Made by a program: the position numbers and the translations under genes. From Squalus acanthias (lineage: Eukaryota), in assembly GCA_030390025.1 (NCBI GenBank), contig CM059432.1, positions 56,360,001-56,424,000 of the forward strand: 64,000 nt of DNA. Direction: 5' to 3'. Below the pieces are notes generated by a model. That model ran no database searches. It worked only from the letters and a program-made list of their open reading frames with translations, and was not told the DNA's origin. Shown here piece by piece: positions 12,590 through 26,582 of this stretch; position 1 is the first letter of the stretch, and the number at the start of each line of letters is the position of its first letter.

Positions 12590-14890
12590 AACAACTTGCA
12601 TTTATATAGAAAACTCAGCAAAGGCGCTTCAGAGGTGTAATCGACAAATGATGCTGAGCCAAAGAAGGAGATGTTAGGAGGGGGGACCAAAATCTTGATC
12701 TTAGGGGTGGGTTTTAAAGTAGGAAAGGGAGGTGGCAGTGCATTAGGGAGGAAATTCCAGATATTTGGGCCTAGGTTGTTGGAGGTACAGTCACCAATGG
12801 TGGGGCGAAAAGAAAGGACGATGCACAAGTCAGTCAGAACAATGGTGAGGTTTGGGAGAGGGTGGTTGTTGGGCTGGAGCAGATTAGAGATTGGGACGGG
12901 GGAGGCCATAAAGGAATTTAAAGATGTGGATGAGAATTGTACATTTGAGGTATTGGGGGTCCGGGAGCCAATGTAGGTCAGCGAAGACGGGGGTGATGAG
13001 TGAACAGCACTTGGTGTGGGATGGAATGCAGAATTTTGGGTGAGCTAAAGGTGTGGAGGATGGCCAGCCAGGAGAGCATTCGAATAGTGAAGGGGCAGAG
13101 GCGAGCGATGTTGTGGAAGTAGGCAGTCTTTGTGACGTAGGGGAAGCTCCGCTCAGGGTTGAATAGGACCACAAGGTTGCAAACAGTCTGGTTCAGCCGG
13201 AGATGGTGGCGAATGGAATTGGTTACAAGAGTACAGAATTTGTGACGGGGGAAGAGAACGATGGCTTCGGTCTTGCCAATGTTTAGCTGGGGAAAATTGT
13301 AGTCTGAAAAAAGGGCGGTGGAGGATCAAGAGATGTGGTGGAGAGGTTGAGCTGGGCATCATCAGCATAGGTGTGGAAGCTAACTCTATGGCCTGGATTT
13401 TGACACTCTGAGTACGCCGTCAAACCGCCTTTGAAAATCCCGAAGTTGCAGTCTGTCAACTTGCGCGTTGACAGGCCATCTGCTCTGCCACCGCAAACCT
13501 TATTGCTGGCGCAGAGTTGGGCTATTTGCCCAACAACTGCCCAGCAATTACGTACGGAAATTTTTCGGCTGGTGGAAACAGACGCAGGGCCTGTTTCCAT
13601 AGTGTAAGGGGATACCCGAAATGAAAAAAATGCTGTTTTCTTTAATTAAATTAAGTCTAGGAACATTAAAAGCTTTAATGAGAAGCAATCCTAGTGTATG
13701 TTAAAGCTGCAGGTTTTTTTTTAAATAACATTTAAATTTCATAACTTTCTGCACAGTATTTGTTTAGAAGTGGGAATTGGGAATTATGAGTAATGAATTG
13801 GTTCCCACAATAAAAGCTAAATCTGTAGTGTATTTTAAAGGCTGTAGTAATGAAGTAATGTAGTAATTTAAATGAATGAAAGACAATCTGTTTTCTGATT
13901 GGAGGACCAGGCCCACGTGATTCCAGGTATGCTTCCGCACAGGCTGCGTCCCTGAGATCCGTGGGCCATTACGCTGATCTCCAGCACGCAGCGACGGAGC
14001 ACAAGTTTACGCAGGAGGGCCACCATCGGGTAGGTGCGTATTCTTTTCGCAGGTTGGCCATGTACTCGTGTGCTGCTGACCGCAATTTTAGGCCCTAAAT
14101 ATCTGCGTATGATGTCGCCAAGGGATAACATGTAGATGAGGAAGAGGAGGGGCCTAAAGATAAATTCTTAGGGGGGCTGCGGAGGTAAAGGGATGGGCCT
14201 CTGAAGAGAAGCCATTCCTGGAGATACTTTGGCTATGATCGGGTAGATGAGTCGAATCAAGCGAAGACAGTCCCACTGAGCTGGACAACAGAGAAGAGGC
14301 GTTTGAGCAAGATGGTGTGGTTGACCATATCAAAGGCTGCAGGGAAGACGATAATGCACCACAGTCACATAATGTCATTTGTGTCTTTGGTTAGGGCATT
14401 TTGGTGCTGTGGTAGCGGTGGAAATCTGGTTTTAGGGATTCAAATAGGGAGTTGTGGGAATGATGGACACTGATTTGGGAAACAACAACATCTTCAAGGA
14501 TTTAGGAGAGGAAAACGGCTTGGAGGTGGGTAGTTAGCAATGGCAGAGGGGTTGAGGGTGGGTTTTTTGAGGAGGGAGTGATGGCTCTTTTCAAAAGGAG
14601 GGTAACCATGCCTAAGGGGAGGGAACCACTTCGAACACCAGCTAGCATGGAGGCCAGGAGGGGAGTTGAGTGGTCATAAGTTTAGTGGGAATGGAGCTAG
14701 AGGTGGAAAAGATGAGCTCAGAGATGGCATGGGGTGGCGAGATCAGAGAGAAACTAGAAAGGTGCAGGTTCAGACCTAGGGTAGGGGGACCCTGGAGGGA
14801 GGTTTGAGAAGGGCTAGGTAAAGAGTGGAAAACAGTAGAGACAGCTGAACGGATGGTTTTAATCAGTGACAAAAGAAGTCCATGAGCTGC
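12590..14890 (-). mobile_element. Degenerate L2-clade LINE (RT and 3' tail), split by a MITE
   Basis: Minus strand reads PLLFLIYMLSLGDIIRR, then the MITE, then SFHTYADDAQL. (TTG)n-type tail at 12590. 5' boundary approximate. Confidence 0.75.
13390..14095. mobile_element. MITE inserted in the L2 RT
   Basis: Ends GGCCTGGATTTTG and CAATTTTAGGCCC. Internal GTTGGGCTATTTGCC and GGCCCACGTGAT blocks are shared with other MITEs here. The L2 coding sequence rejoins across it. Confidence 0.75.
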
Positions 14891-15809
14891 TGGAGGTGAG
14901 GGTGGAGGGGACAGGAGAGAGAGAACAGCGAAGAAGAGAGAGAGAAGGAAAAGAGGAGAAATGACCAGAATCGAGAAAGAAAGAAGCAGTAACATGAAAG
15001 AGAGAACGCATTGTCCAACTTAGCATGACCAATGGCACGGGGAGATCCCGTATCTTTCTCTAGTTTCTCTCCCATCTCTCCCTCCCCCTACCCCCCCATG
15101 TCCTCTCCGAGCTCATCTCGTGCACTTCCAACTTTGTTGCCCCATTTCCACTAAACTGCTGATCACTGATTAAATGTGAATAAATCTAAAGTAGAAACAA
15201 GTATCAAAGCTACCATTTATAAGCTAAGTACCACAAGACTGATATTTTCTTCTGTTGAGATTAGCCAATTTGTTATTAGCTTATCTCCGGTCTTTCAAAT
15301 AATGAGGATCGAGTGCAAACCAATATGGTGGGTATATTGCGTTTAATATGAGTTTAAGACGGAGTATAACACACTAGTTATACAGCAAAAACATACGACC
15401 GTGACAAATAACTGGTACCGGTCCCAATCGGACAGACAGCTGGCATGTGCGAACAGCTCTTTGGCATATGGCCTTTCTCCCTCTCTTCTAGAACCACCAA
15501 GTGTGTTAAACTAGGGTCAACGTAGGTCCACCCTTGGAAGAGTGTGAGACCATTGATCACTCTTGGAAGCTCACCACTTCACCGTCTGTGCTAAGGACTT
15601 TTCGGGTCTTGCTTTTATTCTCTTTTTTAGGGGTGGAACTGATGTAAAATATGGACAGGACCATTTAACCTGTAAGGGTTCCTCTTAAACCAAGGTGCCC
15701 AATGGTATGTCGAGTTCTTTGTCTTATCTTTCAGATGAAAACCCTCCCCTAAGGGGTCTCATGCTTTTCTCACATGCCTTTCCTGTTTATACATTCTGAA
15801 GGCGCATCC

Positions 15810-18800
15810 ATAGAATACATAGAATACATAGAACAGTACAGCACAGTACAGGCCCTTCGGCCCTCGATGTTGTGCCGAGCATTGTCCGAGACCAAGATCA
15901 AGCTATCACACTCCCTATCACTCTGGTGTGCTCCATGTGCTTATCCAATAACCGCTTGAAAGTTCCTAAAGTGTCCGACTCCACTATCACAGCAGGCAGT
16001 CCATTCCACACCCCAACCACTCTCTGAGTAAAGAATCTACCTCGGACATCCCTTCTATATCTCCCCCCATGCACCTTATAGTTATGCCCCCTTGTAACAG
16101 CTGCCTCTACCCGAGGAAATAGTCTCTGAACATCCACTCTATCTATCCCCCTCATCATCTTATAAACCTCTATTAAGTCGCCTCTCATCCTCCTCCGCTC
16201 TAAAGAGAAAAGTCCCAACTCCCTCAATCTTTCCTCATAAGACCTCCTCCCCCAAACCAGGCAGCATCCTGGTAAATCTCCTTTGCACTCTTTCCAATGC
16301 TTCCACGTCCTTCCTATAGTGAGGTGACCAGAACGGCACACAATATTCCAAATGTGGTCTCACCAAGGTCCTGTACAGTTGCAGCATAACCTCACGGTTC
16401 TTAAACTCAAACCCTCTGTTAATAAACGCCAACACACCATAGGCCTTCTTTACTGCTCTATCCACTTGAGTGGCAACCTTCAGAGATCTGTGGATATGAA
16501 CCCCCAGATCCCTCTGCTCCTCCACGTTCCTCAGAACCCTGCCGTTGACCCTGTAATCCTTATTCAAATTTGCCCTACCAAAATGAATCACCTCGCACTT
16601 ATCAGGGTTAAATTCCATCTGCCATTTTTCGGCCCAGCTCTGCATCCTATCAATGTCTCTTTGCAGCCTACAACTGCCCTCCACCTCATCCACTACTCCA
16701 CCAATCTTGGTGTCATCAGCAAATTTACTGATCCACCCTTCAGTCCCCTCCTCCAAGTCATTGATAAAAATCACAAACAGTAGAGGACCCAGCACCGACC
16801 CCTGTGGCACCCCGCTGGTAACTGGTCTCCAGTCCGAAAATGTTCCATCCACCACCACCCTCTGCCTTCTATGAGATAGCCAGTTACTTATCCAATCGGC
16901 CAAATTTCCCTCTATCCCACAACTCCTTACTTTCTTCATGAGACGACCATGGGGAACTTTATCAAACGCCTTACTAAAATCCATGTATACGACATCAACT
17001 GCTCTACCTTCATCTACACACTTAGTTACCTCCTCAAAGAATTCAATCAAATTTGTTAGGCAAGACTTACCCTTCACGAATCCGTGTTGACTATCCCTGA
17101 TTAAGTTGCCCCTTTCCAAATGGTCATAAATCCTATCCCTCAGGACCTTTTCCATTATCTTACCAACCACCGAAGTAAGACTAACCGGCCTATAATTACC
17201 AGGGTCATTCCTATTTCCTGTCTTGAAGAGAGGAACAACATTCGCCACTCTCCAGTCCTCTGGCACCATCCCCGTGGACAGTGAGGACCCAAAGATCAAA
17301 GCCAGAGGCTCTGCAATCTCCTCCCTTGCCTCCCAAAGAATCCTAGGATATATCCCATCTGGCCCAGGGGACTTATCGACCCTCAGGTTCTTCAAAATTG
17401 CTAAAACATCTTCCCTCAGAACATCTACCGCCTCCAGCCTATCCACCTTTATCACACTCTCATCCTCAAGAACATGGCCCCTCTCCTCGGTGAACACTGA
17501 CGAAAAGTATTCATTCATCACCTCTCCTATCTCTTCTGACTCCATGCACAAGTTCCCACTACTGTCCTTGACCGGCCCTACCCTCACCCTGGTCATTCTT
17601 TTATTTCTCACATAAGAGTAAAAAGCCTTGGGGTTTTTCTTGATCCGACCCGCCAAGGGCTTCTCATGCCCCCTCCTAGCTCTCCTAAGCTCTTTTTTTT
17701 TAGCTCATTCCTTGCTACCTTGTACCCCTCAATCGACCCAACTGAACCTTGTTTTCTCATCCTTACATACGCTTCCTTTTTCCTCTTGACTAGACATTCA
17801 ACATCTTTTGTGAACCATGGTTCTCTCACTCGGCCATTTCCTCCCTGCCTGACAGGGACATACCTATCAAGGACACGCAGTAATTGCTCCATGAAAAAGC
17901 TCCACTTTTCGTTTGTGCCTTTCCCTGATAGTTTCTGTTCCCATCTTATACTCCCTAATTCTTGCCTAATCGCATCATAATTACCCCTCCCCCAATTATA
18001 AACCCTGCCCTGCCGTATGGCCCTATCCCTCTCCATTGCAATAGTGAAAGTTACCGAATTGTGGTCACTATTTCCAAAGTGCTCTCCCACATACAAATCA
18101 AACACTTGGCCCGGTTCATTACCCAGTACCAAATCCAACGTGGCCCCACCTCTTGTCGGCCTATCCACATATTGTGTCAGGAAACCCTCCTGCACACACT
18201 GTGCAAAAACTATCCCATCCGAACTGTTTGACCTATAAAGGTTCCAATCAATATTTGGAAAGTTGAAGTCACCCATGACAACTACTCTGTGACCTCCACA
18301 CCTATTCATAATCTGCTTTGCAATTTCTTCCTCCACATCTTTATTACTATTTGGGGGCCTGTAGAAAACTCCTAACAACGTGACCGCTCCTTTCCTATTT
18401 CTAACTTCAGCCCATATTACCTCAGACGGCAGATCCCCCTCGAACTGCCTTTCTGCCGCTGTTAAACTATCCTTGATTAACAATGCTACTCCTCCACCTT
18501 TCTTACCAACTTCCCTACTCTTACTGAAACATCTATACCCCGGAACTTCCAACAACCATTCCTGTCCCTGTTCTAACCATGTCTCCGTAATGGCCACCAC
18601 ATCGTAGTCCCAAGTACCAATCCACGCTCCAAGTTCTCCTACCTTATTCCGGATGCTCCTTGCATTGAAGTAGACACACTTCAAGCCATCTTCCTGTCTG
18701 CCGGTACATTCCTGCGACCTTGATACCCTCCTCAGTACCTCCCTACACTCACCACTGGCTCGTGGACTACAGCCCTTTTTCCCATCCCCCTGACAAATTA

Positions 18801-20076
18801 GTTTAAACCCCCCCCCGAAGAGCCGTAGCAAATTTCCCTCCCAGGATATTGGTGCCCCTCTGGTTCAGGTGCAAACCGTCCTGTTTGTACAGGTCCCACC
18901 TTCCCCAGAATGTGCTCCAATTATCCACATAACTGAAACCCTCCCCCCTACACCATCCCTGCAGCCACGTGTTTATCTGCACTCTCTCCCTGTTCCTCAA
19001 CTCGCTAGCACGTGGCACCGGCAACAAACCAGAAATTACAACATGGTTTGTACTGGCTCTCGGCTTCCAACCTAGCTCTCTAAATTCCTGTTTTAAATCC
19101 CCGTCCCTTCTCCAACCTATGTCGTTGGTACCGATGTGTACCACGACTTGTGATTGTTCCCCTTCCCCTTTGAGGATTCTGAAAACACGGTCCGAGACGT
19201 CACGGACCCTGGCACCCGGGAGGCAACATACCATCCGTGAGTCTCTTTTTGCTGCCACAGAACCTCCTATCTGTCCCTCTGACTATTGAGTCCCCAATAA
19301 CTATTGCTCTCCTGCTCTCCTCCCTTCCCTTCTGAGCCACAGGGACGGACCCAGCGCCGGAGATCCGGTCACCGTGGCTTACCACTGGTAAGTCGTCCCC
19401 CTCAACAGTATTCAAAGCGGTATACCTGTTACTGAGGGGAACGACCACAGAGGATCCCTGCACTGACTGCTTCCTCCTAGCCCCTCTCACCGTCACCCAT
19501 CTATCTTCATGCTTTGGAGTAATTACATCCCTGAAGCTTCTATCTATGACCTCCTCTGCCTCCCGAATGATCTGAAGTTCATCCAGCTCCAGCTCCAGAA
19601 CACGGTTTTCGAGGAGCTGGAGATGGGTGCACTTCCCACAGGTGTAATCAGCAGGGACACCTACGGCGTCCCTCACCTCAAACATTCTGCAGGAGGAACA
19701 TTTCACTGCCTCCCCTGCCATCCCCTCCAGCTAACTTGCAGATTAAACTAGAACAAAAAAGAGCTTACCTGATAGTCACTCACCTCCTTTAGGTTAGAGG
19801 AGGAGGAAGGGTGGGGGACACTACAAGTGTAGTGTCTCGGGTTTAGGAACCGCCCAACTTATATACAGGTAAAAATTAATCTCCTACCCAGCAACCACTG
19901 CGTCCCGCACTTTAAAAGCCTCTGTGGGCCTACCTGGTCGCCGCTGCCTCTTGACTCCTCCGCCTCGCCGCAGCCGCTCCACCCAGGTCCGCCGCCTCTG
20001 TGGGCCTACCTGGTCGCCGCCGCCTCTTGACTCCTCCGCCTCGCCGCAGCCGCTCCACCCAGGTCCGCCGCCTCTG
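15810..20076 (-). mobile_element. Full-length or near full-length CR1 LINE (5'UTR, ORF1 Zn-finger/coiled-coil/esterase, ORF2 APE-RT, tail)
   Basis: ORFs 19200-19721 (CSSC..CGKC), 18803-19258 (esterase), 17608-18831 (APE), 16235-17656 (RT) and 15898-16341. (ATAGAATAC)n tail at 15810 and a GC-rich 5' end. Confidence 0.96.
19918..20076. repeat. 76-bp tandem repeat (2 copies plus partial) in the CR1 5'UTR
   Basis: GCCTCTGTGGGCCTACCTGG unit starts at 19918 and 19994, with a partial third start at 20070. Confidence 0.9.
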
Positions 20077-21497
20077 AATTCCTCTTATCTCTCCCGTCCT
20101 TATCCTCCCAAGTTTGAGTCAGACATGCCATTCTCGGCCTTCAGATGTTCGTAGCTGCTTGTTATCAGTTATTTATGTTCACGCTGTTCATGTAGCTTTA
20201 GCTATGCAAAACTAACTCATTCCATTATCAGACTATTGTTCCATGGAATGAATCATTAAATTCCCAAAGATATCTTCTATTCTATTCTCATACACTGGTT
20301 AACGTACGCATTTTGAAGCAGCTTTGTTAAACAAAGTCAAAATCCTAACTTATTATAATATGGTTATTAGCAGTAATGGAAGAAACATAGGCATTGGGCC
20401 TTAGTTGTTCAAATTAAAGATACATAAAACAAAGTCAAAATCCTAACTTGCAAACAGCAGATAGCTAGCCTGGGAAGCAAGGTCATATGTGACTTGCCAC
20501 GGTGCAGAATGTTATAACATCCGCAGGGAACCAAAAACACAAGCAAATTCGAAGCATCTATCCAGCTGTTCCAATCCTAGTCTGAAGAGACACTTTTGTC
20601 TCAAGTTCTAATATAATCATCTAAACACAGTATTATTTGCGTCACAGTTTCATTCGCATAACCATATACATTTTAGGTCCCCTAATTTCTAACACTTCAT
20701 ACTATTTTCAGATACCATTTTCTCTTTCCACTCAGCAAATATAATTAGAAATAACACAATTCAAAATCGTATTATAAAAGTTTACTTAATTCTGGAGAAA
20801 AAAACAATTGTCTGAACACCAAAACAATGGGTTGTGCGAAATGCTTGTAAGATGGTTTCCCCACACATACCTGCCTTTCTGTCTGGAGCTTGGAGTTGGA
20901 GATTTCACCTGGAGCTTAAGGTGCTGCTGATGTACAGATACCTGAGACAAACTCTGAGAATGATGCATCATGGGTTTTGTATTTTTCACATTCCCCTGTG
21001 TCACATGCACAGTACTGTGACAAACTGAGAAAATGTACAGGTAAGGGAGACTGGAGTATCGGAAAGTAACATAATTGTAAAATGATTTAATTTTTGTCAA
21101 CATTTTACTTAGCTTAAAATTAAAGTTCTGAGACAACAATGGTGTTTGGGGTAAAGTTTTGTGTTGCTGAGGAGGACTGATGTTTATGCTGGTGCCAGAG
21201 GAGTGGTTTGAGATGCTTTGCGCTCCTTGGATAGTGTAGAGTTAGCCAGGTCTGGACCAGAGCATGTGGCTACCTGTTCAGGTGCTGGCCATTGGGGACT
21301 CGACAGTAAGGAAAAAAAAATCTCCCTGGGTAGTGATACACCAAGGATAGCTACAGCAGAAACAACAAATCCACCATGGGTTGTAAGGGGGAGTAAAGTA
21401 ACTTCTATAATCATATTAACAACTCAGACATTTTTGAGAATGGACAAAAACAAACTAAATATTTTCATCTTAAATCAATCCACTGTGGGAGGTAGGG

Positions 21498-23035
21498 CAT
21501 AGAATCATAAAATGGTTACAGCACAGAAGGAGGCTATTTGGCCCATCGAGCCCGTGCCGTTTCTCTGCAAGAACGTTTCAACTCGTCCCACTCCCCTACC
21601 CTTTCCCCTTAGCCCTGCAATTTTTTTTCCTTCAGGTACTTGTCCAATTCCCTTTTGAAAGTCACGATTGAATCTGCCTCCATCACCCTCTCAGGCAGTG
21701 CATTCCCGATCCTAACCACTCGCTGCGTAAAAAAGTTTTTCCTCTTGTCGTCTTTGGTTCTTCTGCCAATCACCTTAAATCTGTGTCCTCTGGTTCTCGA
21801 CCCTTTTGACAATGGAAACAGTTTCTCTCTCTCTACTCTGACTCGACCTATCATGATTTTGAGCACCTCTATCAAATCTCCTCTCAACCTTCTCTGTTCT
21901 ACGGAGAACAACCCCAGCTTCTCCAGTCTATCCACATAACTGAAGTCCCTCATGCCTGGAACCGTTCTTGTAAATCTTTTCTGCACCCTCTTTAAGGCCT
22001 TCACATCCTTCCTAAAGTGTGGTGCCCAGAATTGGACACAATACTCCAGTTGAGGCCAAACTAGTGTTTTTTAAGGTTCATCATAACTTCCTTGCTTTTG
22101 TACTCTATGAAGCCCAGGATCCCGTATGCATTTTTAACCGCTTTCTCAACCTGCCCTGCCACCTGCAACAATTTGTACACATATACCCCCAGGTGTCTCT
22201 GTTCATGCACCCCCTTTAGAATTGTACCCTTTAGTTTATATTTCCTCTCCTCATTCTTCCTACCAAAATGTATCACATTGCACTTTAATGCGTTAAATTT
22301 CATCTGCCATGTGTCCGCCCATTCCACCAGCCTGTCTATGTCCTCTTGAAGTCTATCACTATCCTCACTGTTCACTATACTTCCAAATTTTGTGTCATCT
22401 GCAAATTTTGAAATTGTGCCCTGTACTCCCAAGTCCAAGTCATTAATATATATCAAGAAAAGCAGTGGTCCTAATACCAACCCCTGGGGAACACCACTGT
22501 GTACCTTCCTCCAGTCTGAACAACAGCCGTTCACCACTACTCTCTGTTTCCTGTCACTTAGCCAATGTTGTATCCATGCTGCCACTGTCCCTTTTATTTC
22601 ATGGGCTTCAACTTTGCTGGCAAGCCTAGTACGTGGCACTTTATCAAACGCCTTTTGGAAGTCCATGTACACCACATCAACTGCATTGCCCTCATCAACC
22701 CTCTGTTACCTCATCAAAAAAGCTCAATCAAGTTAGTTAAACATGATTTGCCTTCAACAAATTTGGCTTGCTTTCCTTAATTAATCCACATGACTGTTAA
22801 TTTTGTCTTGGATTATCGTTTCTAAAAGCATCCCCACTACTGAGGTTAAACTGACTGGCCTGTAGTTGCTGGGTTTATCCTTACACCCTTTTTTGAACAA
22901 GGGTGTAACATTTGCAATTCTCCAGTCCTCTGGCACCACCCCCCATATCTAAGAAGGATTGGAAGATTATGGCCAGTACCTCTGCAATTTCCACCTTTAC
23001 TTCCCTCAGCATCCTAGGATGCATCCCATCCGGTC
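21498..23035 (-). mobile_element. 5'-truncated CR1 (RT)
   Basis: ORFs 22061-22675 (DFQKAFDKV, GVPQG, KFADD) and 21609-22004. Tail near 21498. Confidence 0.93.
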
Positions 23036-25071
23036 ACTAGCAACAGTAAGATATTTTATTAAGAAATTAATTAAAATAAGAGACTTTGAGGAGATAAGAA
23101 CAGTTACTTGGAATTTTAAGAACATTTTGTTAAGTAGTAGGTAAATATTATTTCACATACATCTGTGAGGCCTGCTACTTTGTAATTTTTATCGAGATAT
23201 ATTGCTGTACTAAATTAGCTCTATTTTGTCAAACTGCTGCCTCATTTTGACTGCAACAGGACCACGCTAAACTATGCACCAGGCTCCAGACTAACCATGA
23301 ATAATGCAATGAGCAATCAACTAATTGTGTACATATAATGGTTGGCAGGAGTTGCATAGCTGTTATGCAATCAAGGGATTAAGATAACGTTGAAGTGTTA
23401 GAAGTGAGTGTTTGAATTATATCCTTAACTGCCTTTAAATTAATCCATATGACAAAGTTTTTATTTAAGTTTGAGTATAGGTTATTTTCCATTGAAAACG
23501 TGAAATATTTAACTGGTGCTTGAAGATGCTTCATAAATTTTAGCTGTCATCCAAAATCTTGAAGTTTCTGGCTGCTATCGTTCATTGTTTTCCGAGGATA
23601 ATGTACAATCTCTGAGGAAAAAGTTCCATGATGACAAATTGTTTATTTTTATATATATTTGAATCACACTTCTTGGATGCTGCATTATTTTATACTTGAA
23701 TTCTCCATGTAACTCCTGTTGTATATATTGATTTCTAGTTGTTACATAGCATGGGTAATTAGGTGTGAAATTGTCGTGAAATCTTATTGAAGCTCTTGAA
23801 TAAGGCATGATTACAAGCTGTTCAGACTTGTTATATGGTGTGTTTGTTTACATCAATCGATATTTTAGTTTTTTTTCCTTATTTCCTTCAAGATGGTTGA
23901 GAATACACTTAACAGTAAAGCAATTGCCTGTTAGTGTTAAATGTAGCCATCTCCTTAGCATAATAGGAAGAACTGACTACTTGATGCATCTATTTATATA
24001 GTACATGCCAATACATTAAATATACATATTATGTAGGTGTAATTTCTGTTAAAATTTCCAGGCCAATGAAGGCCATGTGTATTCACCACCTGCTGCTGCT
24101 GACTTACCAGATGTAGCTCTGTTGTAGATCAGGAAGCAAATTATGTTGCTTTGGTCTGTGACTCCAGATAGTTGCACCATGGGACAGGTGGGGCTTTGTG
24201 CAAGCTGTTACATTTTGGGTAACTTCCCAATACTCTCTCATGCTGTCACAGAAGTTTACCTCAATAGACACGCCTGCAGTTCACATGAATAGAAAGCTTG
24301 ATCTTATGCATGAAATAACTGCAATAGTACGGTGAACAGTGAACACTTATTCAGTATATCACTCCATATGTCTGATCTATTTCAATTAATGAAAATCATC
24401 ATGCTGACAGACCATATAGTTCAAGCTGAACTAATATGAATTTCTTTTTAAGGAGTAAAATTATACATCTGTAAAAATAAATCCACAGATTGGACTATTG
24501 TACACAAATTTTCACAGGTACTTGAATCTGTTCTGAGTCCATCATAACTAATTGCTTTGAGATTCTTGGAGCCTTTTTATCAGAATTCTTCAACTGAGGT
24601 TTTATGCCGTCGAAGGGTTTTAAGCACCATGGAATCTTGACTCAATGCTGCAAGCTCATTGTGGAGTTAAACAGTTGAATCACGTGAACTAAAGTAAATG
24701 CCAAAATCTGTGAGATTTATTCCTATTTGTCTCGGTTATGATTTACATGGACAGTTCTATATCCAGAAGCTGCTCAGTGTTTGGAGGTGGTTGCTCCCTG
24801 TTGGATGTAGTGACGTCCAATGCTTACGTTCTCAGGAAATGCATCACCTACCCCTTTATAAAAACACAGGCCATTCTGGTGGCCAAGGCAGACCACTTGC
24901 TGTCCTCCAAAGAAGTTTCTGTTGAACAGTAAAGGAGGGCTTTTTACATAGAGAAACTGTGTTGAATATGGGAGTATTTGGGGACCTGGGTTTCTGAGAG
25001 TAGTGGGAAGGGGATTCTATTGAGGCAGAGTTCAAGGCAACTTAATCTGAGATTATCATCTGAATGCCAGA

Positions 25072-26582
25072 TTCCTAAATTGCTAAGGGAATTGGGGGAG
25101 GAGATAGCGGAAGGGCTTGCCACAATTTTCCAATCTTCCCTAGATGTGGGGGGAAGTGCCTGAGGATTGGAAAATGGCAAATGTGACACCATTGTTCAAG
25201 AAAGGTTGTAAGGACAATCCTGGTAACTACAGGCCGGTCAGTTTAACATCGGTGGTGGGTAAAGTTTTAGAAACAATCAAGAAAAAATTAACGGGCACTT
25301 GGAGAGGTTTAAGCTAATTAAGGAGAACCAACACAGATTTGTAAAAGGCAGATCATGTTTGACTAATCTAATTGAATTTTTTGATGAAGTAACAGAGAGG
25401 ATTGATGAAGGGAATGCAATGGATGTTGTCTACATGGATTTTTGGAAGGCGTTTGACAAAGTACCACATAGAAGGCTGGTTAACAAAATTGAGGCTCATG
25501 GAATAGGTGGTCAGTGGCAGCTTGGATAAGAATTGTCTTAAGGACAGAAAACAGCGAGTTGTGGTAAATGGCTACTTTTCAGACAGGAGGATGGTAGACC
25601 GTGGTGTTCCCCAAGGGTCAGTGCTGGGGCCACTGCTTTTTTTGATGTATATATAAATGACCTGGATATTGGAATACAAAGTAGAATTTCTAAATTTGCC
25701 GATGACACCAAACTTGGGGGTGTGGCAAACAGTGAGGATGATAACAATCGACTGCAACAGGACATAGAAAGGCTAGCAGAATGGGCAGACAAGTGGCAGA
25801 TGGAATTTAATAGAGAAGTGTGAGGTGATGCATTTTGGCAGAAGGAACAGCAATATACACTTAATGGCACAGTTTTAAAGAGTGTGCAGGGACAGAGGGA
25901 CCTGGGAGTTAATGTGCATAGGTCCCTGAAGGTGGCGGGACATATTGAGAGAGTGGTTAACAAAGCATATGGGATCTTGGGCTTCATAAATAGAGGTATT
26001 GAGTACAAAAGTAGAGAAGTTATGCTGAACCTTTATAAGGCGCTGGTTAGGCTACAACTGGAGTATTGCGTCCAGTTTCTGGTCGCCACACTTTAGGAAG
26101 AATGTGAAGGCACTTGAGAGGGTGCAGAGGAGATTTACCAGAATGGTTCCGGGGATGGGGGATCTTGGCTACAAGGACAGGTTGGAGAAGCTGGATTTGT
26201 TTTCATTAGAGCAAAGGAGGTTGAGGGGTGATTTGATAGAGGTGTACAAGATTATGACTGGCTTGGAGAGGCTAGACTAGGAAAGGCTGTTCCCACTAGT
26301 TGATGGTACAAGGACTAGGGGACAGAGATTTAAGGTTTTGGGCAAGAGATACAGAGGGGATGTGAGGAAAAACTTTTTTACACAGCGAGTGGTGGTGATC
26401 AGTGGTGGAAGCGGAGACACTCCATGTTTTCAAGGGGAGATTGGATAGGCACTACAGGGAAATAAACTTGCAGGGCTACGGGGATAGAGCGGGGGAATGG
26501 GACCGACTGGATTGCTCTATAGAGAGCCGGCATGGACTCGATGGGCTGAATGGCCTCCTTCTGTGCTGTTATGACTCTCTAT
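25072..26582 (+). mobile_element. 5'-truncated degenerate CR1 (RT)
   Basis: RT fragments 25299-25529 and 25884-26096. TATGACTC tail at about 26570, continuing at 27226 after a MITE. Confidence 0.92.

Larger units (their letters stand above)
15253..20694 (-). mobile_element. Solo LTR (about 1.17 kb) of an LTR retroelement or ERV, split by a CR1
   Basis: Ends TGTTGAGATTAG and CTAATTTCTAACA (TG..CA imperfect inverted termini), with a perfect 4-bp TSD CTTC at 15249-15252 and 20695-20698. Minus-strand TATAAA (15786-15791) precedes AATAAA (15615-15620). Confidence 0.7.
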
